Source: an uncultured Verrucomicrobiae bacterium
GTDB taxonomy: Bacteria; Chlamydiota; Chlamydiia; Chlamydiales; Rhabdochlamydiaceae
Assembly (NCBI GenBank): GCA_963718565.1
Contig: OY970364.1
Span: 224,001-288,000 of the forward strand
Length of the DNA stretch: 64,000 nt
Reading direction: 5' to 3'
Under the pieces are notes generated by a model, which saw only the letters and a program-made list of their open reading frames with translations, was not told where the DNA came from and ran no database searches. This document shows positions 62,462 through 64,000 of this stretch, piece by piece. Made by a program: the position numbers and the translations under genes. The stretch's first letter is position 1, and the number at the start of each line of letters is the position of its first letter.

Positions 62462-63417
62462 TGCATTTTTTCTCCTCGGATAACCTCTCCAATGATGAAA
62501 CAATCTTTTTCATGATCGCAGAGATCTTTTGCAGAAGCAGAAGGAAGGGCAAGGACAAAACCGATCCCCATATTGAACACGCGTTTCATTTCTTCTTCGG
62601 CAACTCCTCCTTTCTCTTGCAAATAACGAAAAATCGGAAGGATGGGCCAACTATTGTTAAATAAAACTGCGCTGAGGCCCATGGGCAGCATTCGGGGAAT
62701 GTTTTTCTGAAAAGATCCTCCCGTGATGTGAGCCATTGCCTTAATGGGGAATTTAGAGAGTAGATGTTGTACCTTTTTGACGTAAATGCGCGTGGGCGTC
62801 AAAAGAAGCTGACCTAAAGTTTTTCCACTCTCATCCATGCTTTTTTGGAGTTCACGCGGGTCATCGCCGATGATGGTTCTAATAAGAGAAAACCCATTGC
62901 TGTGCGGGCCGCTAGAGGTTAAGCCCACAAGGAGATCACCGGCTTGGACATCACTTCCATCAATGCGCTGTTTTTGCTTGACAATGCCTACTGCAAACCC
63001 GGCTAAATCATATTCGCCTGCCTTATAGAAATCCGGCATCTGCGCCGTCTCACCCCCAATAAGAGCACATCCTGCTTCATTGCAACCTTGTAAAATTCCG
63101 GCAATCACTTTTTCCATTTGGGGAATTTCCAGTTTTGAGGTGGCAACGTAATCCAGGAAAAAAAGCGGCCGAGCGCCACAGGTCAAAATATCGTTGACAT
63201 TCATCGCTACAAGATCGATGCCCACCGTATCATGCTGATTCAAAGCGAAGGCAATTTTGAGTTTTGTTCCTACGCCGTCTGTGCTCGCGACGAGAAAATC
63301 TTCTCCCAGAGGATAAAGGCCGCCAAAACCTCCCACCGAAGACGACATTGTTTTTAATTGTTGTACCCATTGAGCTGCGGCATCGAGATTGACACCCGTT
63401 TGGAGATAAGAAGTCAT
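62452..63417 (-). CDS. purM: AIR synthetase
   Basis: STDGVGTK, DLVAMNVND, GGETA, HSNGFS, HITGG, FNMGIG; the upstream in-frame ATG lies in a MITE. Confidence 0.96.
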   Translation of the reverse strand: MTSYLQTGVNLDAAAQWVQQLKTMSSSVGGFGGLYPLGEDFLVASTDGVGTKLKIAFALNQHDTVGIDLVAMNVNDILTCGARPLFFLDYVATSKLEIPQMEKVIAGILQGCNEAGCALIGGETAQMPDFYKAGEYDLAGFAVGIVKQKQRIDGSDVQAGDLLVGLTSSGPHSNGFSLIRTIIGDDPRELQKSMDESGKTLGQLLLTPTRIYVKKVQHLLSKFPIKAMAHITGGSFQKNIPRMLPMGLSAVLFNNSWPILPIFRYLQEKGGVAEEEMKRVFNMGIGFVLALPSASAKDLCDHEKDCFIIGEVIRGEKMQWR

Positions 63418-63432
63418 TTTCGATAACCCTTT

Positions 63433-63504
63433 GAGGGAACTGCAAAACTTCTCGCCGCATAAAATCATCGATTTTCTGCTGGCGAGGAGTTTTGCGATTC
63501 CCTC
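63433..63504. repeat. MITE family A, internally deleted 72-bp copy
   Basis: Both degenerate TIRs present, interior lost; flanks CTTT/CCTT. Confidence 0.75.
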
Positions 63505-63663
63505 CCTTGTTTAAAAAAAAGGAAAGCATATTCATTTTCTTTAAATCAAGAAAAAAATAGCGGGAAAAACGAGCTTGAGGTTAAATAATTTTTTGACCCA
63601 TATCACTCTCTTGATTATACATGGCTTTTGGGGGCTTGTGAAGTCAGTTGCAAGGAGCTTGGC

Positions 63664-64000
63664 TTGGAAAAATTGAACAAACATTTGTTGGTAATCCTTG
63701 CGACATCTTTATTCTGTTATTCTTTATCTGCAGACGAAGAGGTCGCTCAGATCGACAATGAAGTCCTAACAAGAACGGACAATTTACCGGTAGAAACTTT
63801 GGCTGGGGCTTCGGATTCTTACCTAGAAGGGTATATCCAGGCTCTGATTGATGTGCACTATTATGAGTATCAGGTTGCTGTCATTGTCAAAGACCACAAA
63901 GTCCAGCTTGCGAATCTTCCCCATAACGACCTGCTCGCAAAGAGTATCATTGCGTTTGTCAAAGACCTGCCGGGAGTCACGGAAGTCGAGGTTGTCGATC
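63664..64000 (+). CDS. Partial exported protein, DUF1207-like (chlamydial type); runs off the window
   Basis: RBS AAGGAG, TTG start, signal peptide, then DSYLEGYIQALIDVHY..FVKDLPGV, resembling from memory chlamydial DUF1207 proteins; not in the ORF track. Confidence 0.6.
   Translation, partial: MEKLNKHLLVILATSLFCYSLSADEEVAQIDNEVLTRTDNLPVETLAGASDSYLEGYIQALIDVHYYEYQVAVIVKDHKVQLANLPHNDLLAKSIIAFVKDLPGVTEVEVVD

Overview
Probably an environmental Chlamydiae chromosome. The evidence is a partial DUF1207-like gene at the right edge and YtxH/DUF948 genes; this taxonomic call is an inference. Positions 1-47.6 kb hold three integrative elements in tandem at a tRNA with a CAT anticodon (47580-47653, minus strand, probably Ile2). 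Each element has an att copy of the tRNA 3' half, an adjacent tyrosine integrase and element-specific arm-type repeats. Element 1 carries GNAT, APH-like and ABC genes. Element 2 carries an int-ORF-xis-DUF927 core hit by two IS, plus Schlafen/AlbA_2, NUDIX, CoiA-like, csaA and racemase genes. Element 3 carries a photolyase, a frameshifted ackA-xfp-H+ATPase cluster, an IS-broken type IV toxin-antitoxin pair, a CBASS (patatin + CdnE-like cyclase), and an internal int-ORF-xis-rep module with an 11-bp-phased iteron array. It also carries the best novel-system candidate: a 1265-aa protein fusing six Zn-ribbon repeats, an SF2 helicase and an Rrp8-like methyltransferase, facing a PD-(D/E)XK nuclease-like gene. 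Positions 48.8-63.5 kb are a de novo purine/GMP operon (purM-L-Q-H-C/E-D-N-F-guaB-guaA) punctuated by four copies of a highly structured MITE. All family calls come from motif recognition only; no searches were run.
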